A stretch of 64,000 bases of DNA from Gemmatimonadota bacterium (lineage in GTDB: Bacteria > Gemmatimonadota > Gemmatimonadetes > Palauibacterales > Palauibacteraceae). The position numbers were made by a program, and so were the translations under genes. Under the pieces are notes generated by a model. That model saw nothing but the letters and a program-made list of their open reading frames with translations, was not told the DNA's origin and made no database searches. The stretch lies in contig JBDGXI010000002.1 of assembly GCA_039584685.1 (NCBI GenBank), positions 4,184 through 68,183 on the forward strand, written 5' to 3'. Every line of letters begins with the position of its first letter. Positions within the stretch are counted from its first letter, which is position 1. Shown here piece by piece: positions 19,737 to 29,115 of the stretch.

Positions 19737-21014
19737 TTGTCGGCCCTGAGTCGTCTGCTGAATCGGCGTCCGGTCCACCGGATCCGCTGGGGTCTTGAGC
19801 GGACGAGGGCGATGCTCGACACTCTTGGCGATCCCCATCTGGGTCCGGAATACGTTCACATAGGTGGTACGAATGGTAAGGGGTCTACGGCCATGCTCGC
19901 CGAGGCGGCGCTGCGCCGGAGCGGCAGAGTCACCGGCCTGTACACGTCTCCACACCTGTGTGAATTCTCCGAGCGCATCCGCATCTGCGGGGTGCCTGCC
20001 GATGCGAGTCTCCTGGAAGAATGTGCGCAGGCCGTTCTCCCCGCGGCGGAGAGAGAGGACGCCACGTTCTTCGAATCGGCCACGGTGCTCGCCTTCGAGG
20101 CGTTCCGACGCGCCGGATGCGAGACAGTGGTCTTGGAGGTAGGTCTCGGCGGCCGGCTGGACGCCACCAACGTGGTGCAACCGGGCGTGGCGGTGATCAC
20201 GTCGGTGGATATGGATCACTCGGACTACCTGGGCGACACGCTCGCGCAGATCGCGCTGGAGAAGGCCGGCATACTGAAGGCTGGAGTACCTGCCGTCGTG
20301 GGGCCACTGAAACGGGAACCGACCGAGATCGTCCGAGCGCGAGCTGCGGAGTTGGGAGCGCCGCTGGACGAATTCGGGCGCGACCTGGCCGTCGAGCACG
20401 TTTCAGTCGGAGTGGACGGTACCCGCTTCCGATACCTGTCCGACGGGTGGGCGGACGGGTTGCAGGTGCGCACCCGCCTGGTCGGTCAGCATCAGGCCCG
20501 GAACGCGGCCCTCGCCATACGATCGCTCGAGAGGTTCGACTGCGGCTTGTCGCGAGACGACGTCGCGTCGGGTATGAGCGCCGCGCATCTGCCTGGCCGT
20601 TTCGAGACCTTGACCCGGCGGGGCCGGTCATGGGTACTCGACATCGCGCACAACCCTGCCGCGATACGGGTTCTTGCCGATCTGGTAGACGCATTGCCCC
20701 TGCCTCGCCCCGTGGTCTTTCTGGTGGGGATACTGGGAGACAAGCCGTGGGCCGCGATGCTCGACCCCTTGCTGGCCGCGGGGTCCGGCGTCGTTCTCAC
20801 GGTCGCGCCATCGTCTCCTGAGGAGCGGCGCTGGAAGTTGGAGGATGTAGTGAGAATGACGGCCGGAATGGCTGCGGAGGGCGAGTCCGATTTCGCACGC
20901 GCGATGACGCGAGCAAGGGAACTCGCAAGTGAAGGGACGGTAATCGTGACCGGGTCCGCGCACACCGTCGGAGACGCCCGGAGCCTCATACTGATAGATG
21001 CTGACGAATCCTGA
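19737..21014 (+). CDS. folC: Folylpolyglutamate synthase/dihydrofolate synthase
   Basis: HIGGTNGKGST, YTSPHL, EVGLGGRLDATN, EKAGI, LDIAHNP motifs. Confidence 0.96.
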   Translation: MSALSRLLNRRPVHRIRWGLERTRAMLDTLGDPHLGPEYVHIGGTNGKGSTAMLAEAALRRSGRVTGLYTSPHLCEFSERIRICGVPADASLLEECAQAVLPAAEREDATFFESATVLAFEAFRRAGCETVVLEVGLGGRLDATNVVQPGVAVITSVDMDHSDYLGDTLAQIALEKAGILKAGVPAVVGPLKREPTEIVRARAAELGAPLDEFGRDLAVEHVSVGVDGTRFRYLSDGWADGLQVRTRLVGQHQARNAALAIRSLERFDCGLSRDDVASGMSAAHLPGRFETLTRRGRSWVLDIAHNPAAIRVLADLVDALPLPRPVVFLVGILGDKPWAAMLDPLLAAGSGVVLTVAPSSPEERRWKLEDVVRMTAGMAAEGESDFARAMTRARELASEGTVIVTGSAHTVGDARSLILIDADES

Positions 21015-21028
21015 ACTGGAGTGAGTCC

Positions 21029-21454
21029 ATGAGATACGATCCGGAAGCCGTACGGCCAATGCGGGACGAGCTGGTCCGCCTGGGGGCCGAAGAGCTCAGC
21101 ACGGCCGCTGACGTCGATCGAGTGCTGGGTACCGGAGATGGCACGACTCTGCTGGTCATCAACTCGATCTGCGGCTGTGCGGCAGCCAATGCCAGACCCG
21201 CCGTGGCCATCGCCACCGGGCACGACGTGCAGCCGGACCGGATCGCCACCGTGTTCGCCGGGCAGGACGTGGACGCGACGGAGCGTGCCAGGGCATACAT
21301 GGACGGATTCCGCCCTTCGAGTCCTTCGCTCGCCCTGTTCCAGAACGGGAAGCACGTGTTCATGCTCGAGCGCCATCAGATAGAGGGGCGCGACGCGAGC
21401 GACATCGCTGGAGACCTCAGGGAAGCTTACGACCGGTTCTGCCAGGTCGGCTGA
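21029..21454 (+). CDS. BrxA/BrxB (YphP/YqiW) family bacilliredoxin
   Basis: PMRDEL, INSICGCAAANARP (CGC), TVFAGQD.DAT, PSSPS, ERHQIEG motifs. Confidence 0.93.
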   Translation: MRYDPEAVRPMRDELVRLGAEELSTAADVDRVLGTGDGTTLLVINSICGCAAANARPAVAIATGHDVQPDRIATVFAGQDVDATERARAYMDGFRPSSPSLALFQNGKHVFMLERHQIEGRDASDIAGDLREAYDRFCQVG

Positions 21455-21483
21455 AACTCGCCAGTCCTGGCGCGATGAGACGG

Positions 21484-21514
21484 AGAGCGCCGACCACGGA
21501 GGCCGGCGCTTTCT
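21484..21514 (+). terminator. Hairpin after the bacilliredoxin gene
   Basis: AGAGCGCCG pairs with CGGCGCTTT, followed by a short T-rich tail. Confidence 0.4.
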
Positions 21515-21554
21515 GTTGCCGCTCGCCAGAGGCGCCGCATACATTGGCGACGTC

Positions 21555-22835
21555 ATGATCACGTCCAGCTTGCCCGGCTTCCGGGATTTCTATCCGGCCG
21601 ATCTGGCCCTCCGCTCGCACATCTTCCGCACGTGGCGGAGGGTGGCGCTTCGGTACGGCTTCGTGGAGTACGATGGTCCTCCGCTGGAGAGTCTCGAACT
21701 CTACACCAGCAAGTCCGGGGAGGAGATTGTCGGACAGCTGTACCGCTTCACCGACCAGGGCGGTCGAGAGATAGCACTGCGGCCCGAGATGACGCCCACG
21801 TTGGCCCGCATGGTCGCCGCCCGCGCCGGCGGACTTCCGAAGCCGATCAAATGGTTCTCGATTCCACAGCTCTTCCGGTATGAGAGACCACAGAAAGGAC
21901 GCCTTCGAGAGCATTTTCAGCTGAACGTCGATATCGTCGGTGAGACTTCGGTGGCCTCGGACGTGGAAGTGGTGGCCGCCGCCATCGACGTACTTCGGGA
22001 ATTCGGGCTGGGATCGGAGGACTTCGTCGTCCGCTACTCGGACCGGGACCTGATCTCGGCCGTGTTGATCGAGCTCGGAATACCGGCGAGCGCACTGCCG
22101 GCCACTTTCGCTGCCCTCGACAAGTCAGACCGAGAGTCTGCCGAGTGGCTGTCGGATCGCCTGGTGGAGGCCGGTGCCGAGGCGACGGCAGCGGCGAGCG
22201 TCCTCGGCCTGGCGGGTACGAGCCTCGAGGTTCTCTCGGAGCAGTTCGGAGACGTCCCGGCGATATCGAGTCCGGTGGAGCGGCTCGGTCGGTTTCGGGC
22301 CCAGATCGAGGCGGCGGGTCTCGATGGCTTTGTCGAGCTCGACCTGCGCCTGGTGCGCGGCCTCGCCTACTACACGGGCCTGGTGTTCGAAGTGTGGGAT
22401 CGCCGGGGCAAGTTTCGGGCGATCTGTGGAGGCGGCAGATACGACGATCTCCTGGAGGCGGTCGGCGGGCCAGCCTTGCCGGCCCTCGGTTTCGGTATGG
22501 GAGACGTGGTCCTTGCCGAACTGCTGCGGGACCGCGACCTGATTCCCGAGGCTGGAGACGCGTTGGATGACTTCGTAGTCCACGTGTCCGAAGAGCAACT
22601 GCCGGCTGCGTTGCGTATCGTGCACTCGCTGAGGTCTCGCGGTCGGCGGGTGGGCTTCGACTACCGGAGCCGAGGCGTATCGCGGCAATTCAAGGTGGCT
22701 AACCAGTCGGGTGCGGCCCGGGTCATCGTGATCGGTCCGGAAGAAGTCGAGTCGGGAAAGTGCGTGGTGCGCTCCATGGACACGGGGGAAGAGGCGAGGC
22801 TCAGCCTGGCCGATCTGCTCGCCGGCCCGGAGTGA
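21555..22835 (+). CDS. hisS: Histidine--tRNA ligase
   Basis: LRPEMTP, FRYERPQKGRLREH, VRGLAYYTG, GGGRYD motifs. Start taken at ATG 21555. Confidence 0.98.
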   Translation: MITSSLPGFRDFYPADLALRSHIFRTWRRVALRYGFVEYDGPPLESLELYTSKSGEEIVGQLYRFTDQGGREIALRPEMTPTLARMVAARAGGLPKPIKWFSIPQLFRYERPQKGRLREHFQLNVDIVGETSVASDVEVVAAAIDVLREFGLGSEDFVVRYSDRDLISAVLIELGIPASALPATFAALDKSDRESAEWLSDRLVEAGAEATAAASVLGLAGTSLEVLSEQFGDVPAISSPVERLGRFRAQIEAAGLDGFVELDLRLVRGLAYYTGLVFEVWDRRGKFRAICGGGRYDDLLEAVGGPALPALGFGMGDVVLAELLRDRDLIPEAGDALDDFVVHVSEEQLPAALRIVHSLRSRGRRVGFDYRSRGVSRQFKVANQSGAARVIVIGPEEVESGKCVVRSMDTGEEARLSLADLLAGPE

Positions 22836-22893
22836 GGCGAAGAACTGGACTGAGGTCGGCCGGACACGAGGTCCGGTCCGGGGAAGATAGAGC

Positions 22894-24354
22894 ATGGATA
22901 ACGGTAAGAAACTGACTTCCCAGAGCCAGGACTTTTCGGCCTGGTACAACGAGATCGTGCACCAGGCGGAACTCGCGAGTCACTCGCCAGTGCGCGGGTG
23001 CATGGTGATCCGCCCGTATGGCTACCGCATCTGGGAGCTGATGCAGGGTTCGTTGGACGCGATGTTCAAGGCCACGGGCCACCAGAACGCGTACTTTCCC
23101 CTGTTCCTCCCGAAGTCGGCTCTGGATCGCGAAGCGGAGCACGTGGAGGGATTCGCGCCCGAGACTGCTGTGGTCACGCACGCCGGTGGTGCCAAGCTGG
23201 AGGAGCCGCTCGTCGTCCGCCCCACGTCCGAGGCCATCATATGGCCGATCGTGCGCGACTGGATCCACTCCTACCGGGATCTGCCGATTCTCCTGAATCA
23301 GTGGGCCAACGTCGTCCGGTGGGAGATGAGAACGCGCCCCTTTCTCAGGACCACCGAGTTCCTGTGGCAGGAAGGTCACACGGCTCACGTCAGCGAGGAG
23401 GAGGCCGAAGAGGAGACGCGCCGCATGCTGGGCGTCTATCGGACCTTCATGGAAGACTGGATGGCCATGCCCGTCATCACCGGCAGGCAGACCGATTCCG
23501 AACGATTCGCGGGCGGCCTTCGCACGTACGGTTGTGAAGCCTTGATGAAGGACAACAAGGCCCTGCAGGCGGGGACCAGCCACAACCTCGGCCAGAATTT
23601 CGCCCAGGCGTTCGACGTTCGCTACCAGACCGAGGCGGGCGAGCACGTCTACGTATGGAGTACCTCCTGGGGCGTGTCGACGCGCCTGATCGGGGGACTC
23701 ATCATGACACACGGTGACGATGAAGGCCTCGTCCTGCCGCCGAAGCTGGCCCCGTACCAGGCGGTCATCGTGCCGATCTGGCGGAACGACGGACAGCGCG
23801 GCCTGGTTCTCGAAGCGGCCAGCCGGGTCCGAGCGGAGCTGGAAGCTACCGGTGTGCGAGTGCACGTCGACTCCCGGGTGGGGGTGAACCCGGGTGCCAA
23901 GTACTACGACTGGGAGCGACGCGGAGTGCCGATCCGGCTCGAGGTCGGGCCACGAGACGTGGAGGCCGAGAGCGTCATGGCGGTTCGGCGCATCACTCCG
24001 GCGGGAGCGGACCGGAAGACGCAGGTGCCCATGGCCGGCGCGACCGAGTGGCTGGGGGCCATGCTTGTCTCCATCCAGGACGAGATGTTCTCCGCGGCGC
24101 GCGATCGACGCGACGCGGCCACCGTCCGGGGGGTCGAGGATTATACCGAATACCGGAACCTGATAGAGACGCAGGGCGGATTCGCCTTCACCGGCTGGTG
24201 CGGAGACGCCGGCTGCGAGCAGCAGGTGAAGGACGATACGAAGTCGACGATTCGGGTCATTCCGGACGAGGAGTTCCGTTCCGAAACGGCACCCGTGAAC
24301 TGCCTGTGCGGCGCACCTTCCGTCTGTGAGGTGGTGCGGGCTCGGGCGTACTGA
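22894..24354 (+). CDS. proS: Proline--tRNA ligase, archaeal/eukaryote-like type without editing domain
   Basis: VRPTSE, QWANVVRWE, FLWQEGHT, QAGTSHNLGQNF, SWGVSTR motifs; ends in ARAY. Confidence 0.98.
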   Translation: MDNGKKLTSQSQDFSAWYNEIVHQAELASHSPVRGCMVIRPYGYRIWELMQGSLDAMFKATGHQNAYFPLFLPKSALDREAEHVEGFAPETAVVTHAGGAKLEEPLVVRPTSEAIIWPIVRDWIHSYRDLPILLNQWANVVRWEMRTRPFLRTTEFLWQEGHTAHVSEEEAEEETRRMLGVYRTFMEDWMAMPVITGRQTDSERFAGGLRTYGCEALMKDNKALQAGTSHNLGQNFAQAFDVRYQTEAGEHVYVWSTSWGVSTRLIGGLIMTHGDDEGLVLPPKLAPYQAVIVPIWRNDGQRGLVLEAASRVRAELEATGVRVHVDSRVGVNPGAKYYDWERRGVPIRLEVGPRDVEAESVMAVRRITPAGADRKTQVPMAGATEWLGAMLVSIQDEMFSAARDRRDAATVRGVEDYTEYRNLIETQGGFAFTGWCGDAGCEQQVKDDTKSTIRVIPDEEFRSETAPVNCLCGAPSVCEVVRARAY

Positions 24355-24389
24355 TAGGCAGGCGGCGCGCTTTCCGAAGGAGGATTGGA

Positions 24390-25148
24390 GTGGCGGATCT
24401 CAGGGAGCTGGTCGAGTTTCTCGACGACTACCTCGACGTGCGAGGGATCCCCGACTACCCGGGCGCGTGGAATGGCCTGCAGGTAGACTGCCGCTCACCC
24501 ATCGAGTCGGTCCGCGTGGCGACCGACGCTTGCCAGTCGACGATCGATGAGTCCGCCCGTGACGGCGCTCAGCTTCTCGTGGTTCATCACGGCCTGTTCT
24601 GGGGCGAGCCGCTCCCCGTGATCGGCCGCTCGTACCGTCGCCTGAAATCCCTTCTCGGCGCCGACATGGCGTTGTATAGTGTACATCTACCCCTCGACAT
24701 TCACCCGGAGATTGGCAACAACGCGCTTCTCGCGCGCGATCTCGGTCTGGTCACCGAGGGGACGTTCGGGAGACGGTCGGACCTGGAGGGCCTCGGCGTG
24801 TGGGCGGTGACGGACCTGTCTTTGCGGGATTTCGTCGAGAGAGTAGCGGACGTCTGTGGTGATGCTCCAAAGGTGATTCAGGGTGGTCCGGAACACGTGA
24901 GACGGGTCGGCATCGCGACAGGCTCGGCAGGTTCGCTGATCGAGCAGGCGCACCGCGAGGGGCTGGACACTTTCGTGACAGGCGAAGGGAGCCATCACAC
25001 GTTTCATGAGGCCACCGAACTCGGGCTCAACCTGATCTACGCCGGACACTACGCGACGGAGACGGCCGGCGTCCGTGCGCTGGGCGATATCCTGGCGGAG
25101 CGTTACGGCGTCGATTGCCGGTTCATCGATCACCCCACGGGGATGTGA
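24390..25148 (+). CDS. Nif3-like dinuclear metal center protein (YbgI/GTP cyclohydrolase 1 type 2 family)
   Basis: NGLQV, VHHGLFW, HLPLD.HPE.GNN, GHYATE motifs. Confidence 0.95.
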   Translation: MADLRELVEFLDDYLDVRGIPDYPGAWNGLQVDCRSPIESVRVATDACQSTIDESARDGAQLLVVHHGLFWGEPLPVIGRSYRRLKSLLGADMALYSVHLPLDIHPEIGNNALLARDLGLVTEGTFGRRSDLEGLGVWAVTDLSLRDFVERVADVCGDAPKVIQGGPEHVRRVGIATGSAGSLIEQAHREGLDTFVTGEGSHHTFHEATELGLNLIYAGHYATETAGVRALGDILAERYGVDCRFIDHPTGM

Positions 25149-26449
25149 GCGTGCCCAAGCTGAGTGAGCGTCTGTCACGCGCGGTCGAAGGCCGCTACGA
25201 GATCGAGGACGAGTTGGGTCGTGGGGGCATGTCCATGGTCTTCCAGGCCCGGGACGTCAGGCACGATCGGACCGTCGCCGTTAAGGTGCTGCTGCCGGAA
25301 CTGGCGGCGTCGGTCGGAGCGCAGCGTTTTCTCCGTGAGATCGAGATCGCGGCCGGACTGGTGCATCCCCACATCCTCCCGCTGTACGACTCGGGGGAGG
25401 CGGAGGGACTGTTGTATCACGTCACTCCCCTGATCGACGGGGAAACGCTTCGCGATCGCTTGAAGAGGGAGCGGTACCTTTCGATCGAAGAGGCCTGCCG
25501 GATCACAGCGGAGGTCTCGGATGCGCTCGACTTCGCGCATTCGCAGGGCGTCATTCATAGGGACATAAAGCCCGAGAATATACTCCTGACCCGCCGTCAC
25601 GCGTTGATCACGGACTTCGGGATCGCTCGCGCGATCACGCTGGGGGGAGGGGAACGCCTCACCGAGACGGGAATGGCCGTGGGAACGCCCGCATACATGA
25701 GTCCGGAGCAGGCGCGCGGCGAAGCCGTGCTTGACGGGAGAAGCGACATCTACTCGCTGGCGTGCGTGACGTACGAGATGATGGCGGGAGAAGCGCCTCT
25801 GGCGGGTCGGTCGCCCCAGATCACCATGGCGCGGAGGCAAGCCGAATCGCCGACATCCCTGGTCCTCCTGCGTGAGACCGTTTCGGAGGCCCTGGACGTG
25901 GTGGTGCTCAAGGCGCTGAGTCGGCTGCCCGCGGACCGCTATACGGCTGCCGGAGAGTACGGGGATGCGGTACAGGTGGCGGCGGGGATGGTTTCCGGGA
26001 CGCACGCCAGCGTGAGCACGCCTGGCCAGGTGACGCCTGCGGCCCTGACGAATCAGACCACGGCCGTCAGTACGGCCGCAACTCGGGTGGTGGGGCGGCT
26101 ATCGTTCTGGGAGGAGCTGAAGCGGCGCAAGGTGTACAACGTGGCCGTTGTCTACCTGGCGGCAGCCATCGGTGCCTTCAGCTTCCTGGCTAACATGAAG
26201 GAGCTTTACGGAGAGGCGAGCTGGTATCGCTGGTTGCCGATCCTCCTTCTCGTCGGATTCCCCGTTTCACTGTTGCTGGCATGGACGTTTGAGCTGAGTC
26301 GAGAGGGCGTCCGGCGCACCGGTACCTTCGAGGTCGCGGCACAGCGAGAGGGCCGCTGGCCTCTAGTCAGTCGACGGGCGCTGATCGCGGTCCTGATTAT
26401 CGGAGCGGCTTACGCGGTGTTCGAGGTCGTCCGACGGCGGTTCCTCTAG
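25145..26449 (+). CDS. Hanks-type Ser/Thr protein kinase with C-terminal 3-TM module
   Basis: GRGGMS, VAVK, HRDIKPEN, DFG, GTPAYMSPE, DIYSL motifs. GTG start overlaps the Nif3 stop (GTGA). Confidence 0.95.
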   Translation: MSVPKLSERLSRAVEGRYEIEDELGRGGMSMVFQARDVRHDRTVAVKVLLPELAASVGAQRFLREIEIAAGLVHPHILPLYDSGEAEGLLYHVTPLIDGETLRDRLKRERYLSIEEACRITAEVSDALDFAHSQGVIHRDIKPENILLTRRHALITDFGIARAITLGGGERLTETGMAVGTPAYMSPEQARGEAVLDGRSDIYSLACVTYEMMAGEAPLAGRSPQITMARRQAESPTSLVLLRETVSEALDVVVLKALSRLPADRYTAAGEYGDAVQVAAGMVSGTHASVSTPGQVTPAALTNQTTAVSTAATRVVGRLSFWEELKRRKVYNVAVVYLAAAIGAFSFLANMKELYGEASWYRWLPILLLVGFPVSLLLAWTFELSREGVRRTGTFEVAAQREGRWPLVSRRALIAVLIIGAAYAVFEVVRRRFL

Positions 26450-26465
26450 CCGCCCTGATCCGACT

Positions 26466-27392
26466 TCAGAACACCGAGAACTTCACGCCCTTCAGGTACC
26501 GGTCCGGATCGGCTCTAACGTCCCGCGTCAGGAGCGCGATCTCTTCAGAGGCGACCTGGATGTTCTCTGTCGCTGCCGTGAGCCGGTCGTAGAGTTCTCC
26601 GTCGTTGACCATCTTCCCCAGGGTGCCGTCGCCCTCGTCCACCTTCTGAAGGATGGACGCCAGGGACTGGCTTCCGGCGTCGAGGTCGTCGCCGGCTGAC
26701 GCGAGCCGTGCGGTGAGGGTGTCTATGTTGGCCAGCGTCCGGTCGATCTCGGGTCCCGATGTCGCAGCGGCCAGTTCCTGGGCGGTCTGATTCAGGGCCC
26801 CGATGAGCTCCTCCAGCGCAGTAGCCTCCCGCTCGAGCAGGATCTGCACGTCCTCCATGCCGGCGGCGAGTGACCCGGCTGTGGAGTGGACGTCAGCGAT
26901 CAGACTGTCCGACAGGAGCCTCTGCGTCTGCTCCAGGACTCGGCCGGCCCTGTCTCCCAGCGTGCCCGCCAGGTCGTTCAGGCCAGGCGCGGGCGTCGCC
27001 GTGATCGAGTCGCCACCGGCCAGGACGTCCGCTGATACGCCGGGGATGAGGGCCATCACGTTGGCGCCGAGAAACCCGGAAGTCTTGATCTCGCCACGCG
27101 TATCCCGGGGCAGCTCGCCATCGAAGGAAACGACGACTTCCATCGCCACGTGGTCCTGGCGCAGCTCGACCCGCTTCACGGATCCCACTTCCACTCCCAG
27201 CAACGTCACCGGTGTTCCTTGAGTGATTGCCGCCGCCTCCGGCGCTATGGCGTAGAACACCAGGCGATCGCCACCGCCCTGACGGCCGCTGATCCACGCG
27301 ACGCCGAAGATGAGAGCGAAGAAGCTCACGACGAGGAGGATCCCGACCTGGAGCTCCGTTTTGTACTGGTCTCTCAATCCGGGATCACGCAT
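26466..27392 (-). CDS. mlaD: MlaD/MCE-family substrate-binding protein with helical extension
   Basis: N-terminal TM, GTPV.LLGVEVGSV MCE motif, GDGTLGKMVND. Start ATG 27392 or GTG 27401. Confidence 0.9.
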   Translation of the reverse strand: MRDPGLRDQYKTELQVGILLVVSFFALIFGVAWISGRQGGGDRLVFYAIAPEAAAITQGTPVTLLGVEVGSVKRVELRQDHVAMEVVVSFDGELPRDTRGEIKTSGFLGANVMALIPGVSADVLAGGDSITATPAPGLNDLAGTLGDRAGRVLEQTQRLLSDSLIADVHSTAGSLAAGMEDVQILLEREATALEELIGALNQTAQELAAATSGPEIDRTLANIDTLTARLASAGDDLDAGSQSLASILQKVDEGDGTLGKMVNDGELYDRLTAATENIQVASEEIALLTRDVRADPDRYLKGVKFSVF

Positions 27393-27401
27393 GGCCGGCA
27401 C

Positions 27402-28139
27402 CTATGAAGTGAGTTTGGGATGCAGGAAGGCCTGCACGACAGGATCTGTCGATTCACGAAGATCGGTCGGGGTACCCGACGCCTGTACTCCTCCATCGGC
27501 GAGCAGGACGATCCGGTCGCCGAGGTAGAAGGCCGATTCCACGTCGTGGGTGACGATCACGCTGGTGGCTCCGATCTCACCCTGAAGACGAGCGATCAGT
27601 CGATTGATCACGTTCGCGTTGACCGGATCCAGGCCCGTCGTGGGCTCGTCGTAGAGGATGTACTTCTGGCGGCCCACGATGGCCCGCGCGATGGCGACCC
27701 TCTTCTGCATGCCGCCGGACAGCTCCGAGGGCAGCAGTCGCAGGACCTCCGGACCGAGGTTCACGTGCTCGATCGCTTCCCGTACCCTCGGATCCTGGTG
27801 AGCATCGTACTCCCGTACCTCCGTAGGAGACAGTCCCAGCTGGATGTTCTGGCCCGTGGTCAGCGAGTCGAACAGCGCCGCGTTCTGGAATACGTAACTG
27901 ATGCGGGACCGAATCTCGCGTATCTGCTTGCCGCTGGCCTTGGGGACCGACACCCCTTCGACCAGCACCTCTCCTTCGTCCGGGTCGAACAGGCCCACGA
28001 TGTGCTTCAGAAGCACGCTCTTGCCCGTACCGGACGGGCCCATGATCACGAGGCTCGTCCCCTCATGGATGTCCAGGTCCACTCCGTCCAGGACCCACTT
28101 GCCGTTCAGGTTCTTCCTCAGTCCGCTGATCTCGATCAT
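27402..28139 (-). CDS. mlaF: MlaF/Mkl-type ABC transporter ATP-binding protein
   Basis: GPSGTGKS, LSGGMQKRV, YDEPTTGLDP, VTHD motifs. True start is ATG 28139, inside the longer track ORF. Confidence 0.95.
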   Translation of the reverse strand: MIEISGLRKNLNGKWVLDGVDLDIHEGTSLVIMGPSGTGKSVLLKHIVGLFDPDEGEVLVEGVSVPKASGKQIREIRSRISYVFQNAALFDSLTTGQNIQLGLSPTEVREYDAHQDPRVREAIEHVNLGPEVLRLLPSELSGGMQKRVAIARAIVGRQKYILYDEPTTGLDPVNANVINRLIARLQGEIGATSVIVTHDVESAFYLGDRIVLLADGGVQASGTPTDLRESTDPVVQAFLHPKLTS

Positions 28140-28969
28140 CCGACCGCCTTGTACAGAGGCGCGAGGACGACGTCCAGGACCATGAGCGCCACGATGATGG
28201 CGACGACCGTGTTGCGAGCCGTCCGGCCGACACCCGCCGCACCTCCCTCGGCCTGCAATCCGACGTAGCAGCCGATGAAGGTGATGGTGATCCCGAAGAA
28301 CACGCCCTTCACGATCGAGAAGATCAATGCCGCCGAGTGGTAGTAGCTCCTCACGCCGTACACGTATTCGTGTGTCGTCATGTCGAGCATCGCGATCGCC
28401 GTGAGCCAGCCGCTCCAGATCCCGGCGACGTTGGCCAGGATCACGATCGGGATCATCATGACCGCGCCGGCCACCACACGCGGGGCGATCAGCTCCTCCA
28501 CGGGGTCGCGTCCCAGGGTGCGCAGCGCGTCGATCTGATCCGTCACCTTCATCGTGCCGAGTTCGGCGCCGATGCCCGCGCCGACGCGACCGGCCATGAT
28601 GATCGCGGACAGCAGAGGCGCGAGCTCCGTGAGCATGCCGGCGGCTACGGCGTTGCCGACGATCCACATCGGCAGCTCGGTGAACTGGTAACCGCTCTGC
28701 TGGGCCAGGATCGATCCGCTGAGCGTGGCCACCAGTAGGACCAGGGGCAGGCTGTCCACACCGATGGCCTTGGCCTGGCGGAACGTCTCCCGGATGTGAT
28801 CGCGCGGGTGAAGCAGTGCCAGCATCGTGGCGCCCCACAGCACTCCCGCGCGACCGATGTGGCGTGTCACCGAAAGGCCCGCGCGACCGACACTGCGGAG
28901 CCACAGAACGGGGGGGGGATCTCCGCCCGGTGGTCCTTCACCTGCTGTGAGGCTGGACTCCGCGGCCAA
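28136..28969 (-). CDS. mlaE: MlaE-family ABC transporter permease
   Basis: GVDSLP, ELAPLL, AGRVGAGIGAELGTMKVTDQIDAL, GGAAGVG motifs. Confidence 0.95.
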   Translation of the reverse strand: MAAESSLTAGEGPPGGDPPPVLWLRSVGRAGLSVTRHIGRAGVLWGATMLALLHPRDHIRETFRQAKAIGVDSLPLVLLVATLSGSILAQQSGYQFTELPMWIVGNAVAAGMLTELAPLLSAIIMAGRVGAGIGAELGTMKVTDQIDALRTLGRDPVEELIAPRVVAGAVMMIPIVILANVAGIWSGWLTAIAMLDMTTHEYVYGVRSYYHSAALIFSIVKGVFFGITITFIGCYVGLQAEGGAAGVGRTARNTVVAIIVALMVLDVVLAPLYKAVG

Positions 28970-29115
28970 GAAATGCGCTGCCTTTCAAGCGAGCATCGAG
29001 CGGATCGGCTCGATGACGGGAATCGAGATCACTTTCGGAGCGACAATCAAACGGTCCTACGTCGGGCAAGCTACCACGGTTCGGCACGCCAACCAAGACC
29101 GCCGGAGAAGGTTCC

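Noticed and set aside
21452-21478. UGA followed by a small hairpin (CGCCAG/CTGGCG) after the bacilliredoxin, as a possible selenocysteine read-through
   Set aside because: The protein is already full length, the CGC site uses Cys codons, another TGA follows within 8 codons, and the hairpin is too close and too small for a bacterial SECIS.
27402-28904. 500-aa ABC ATPase with a long N-terminal extension, and similar extensions on truB, mrdA, gmhB and the Ig-like lipoprotein
   Set aside because: The extensions are alternative-frame read-through of the upstream genes; internal starts at the overlap junctions fit the family lengths.
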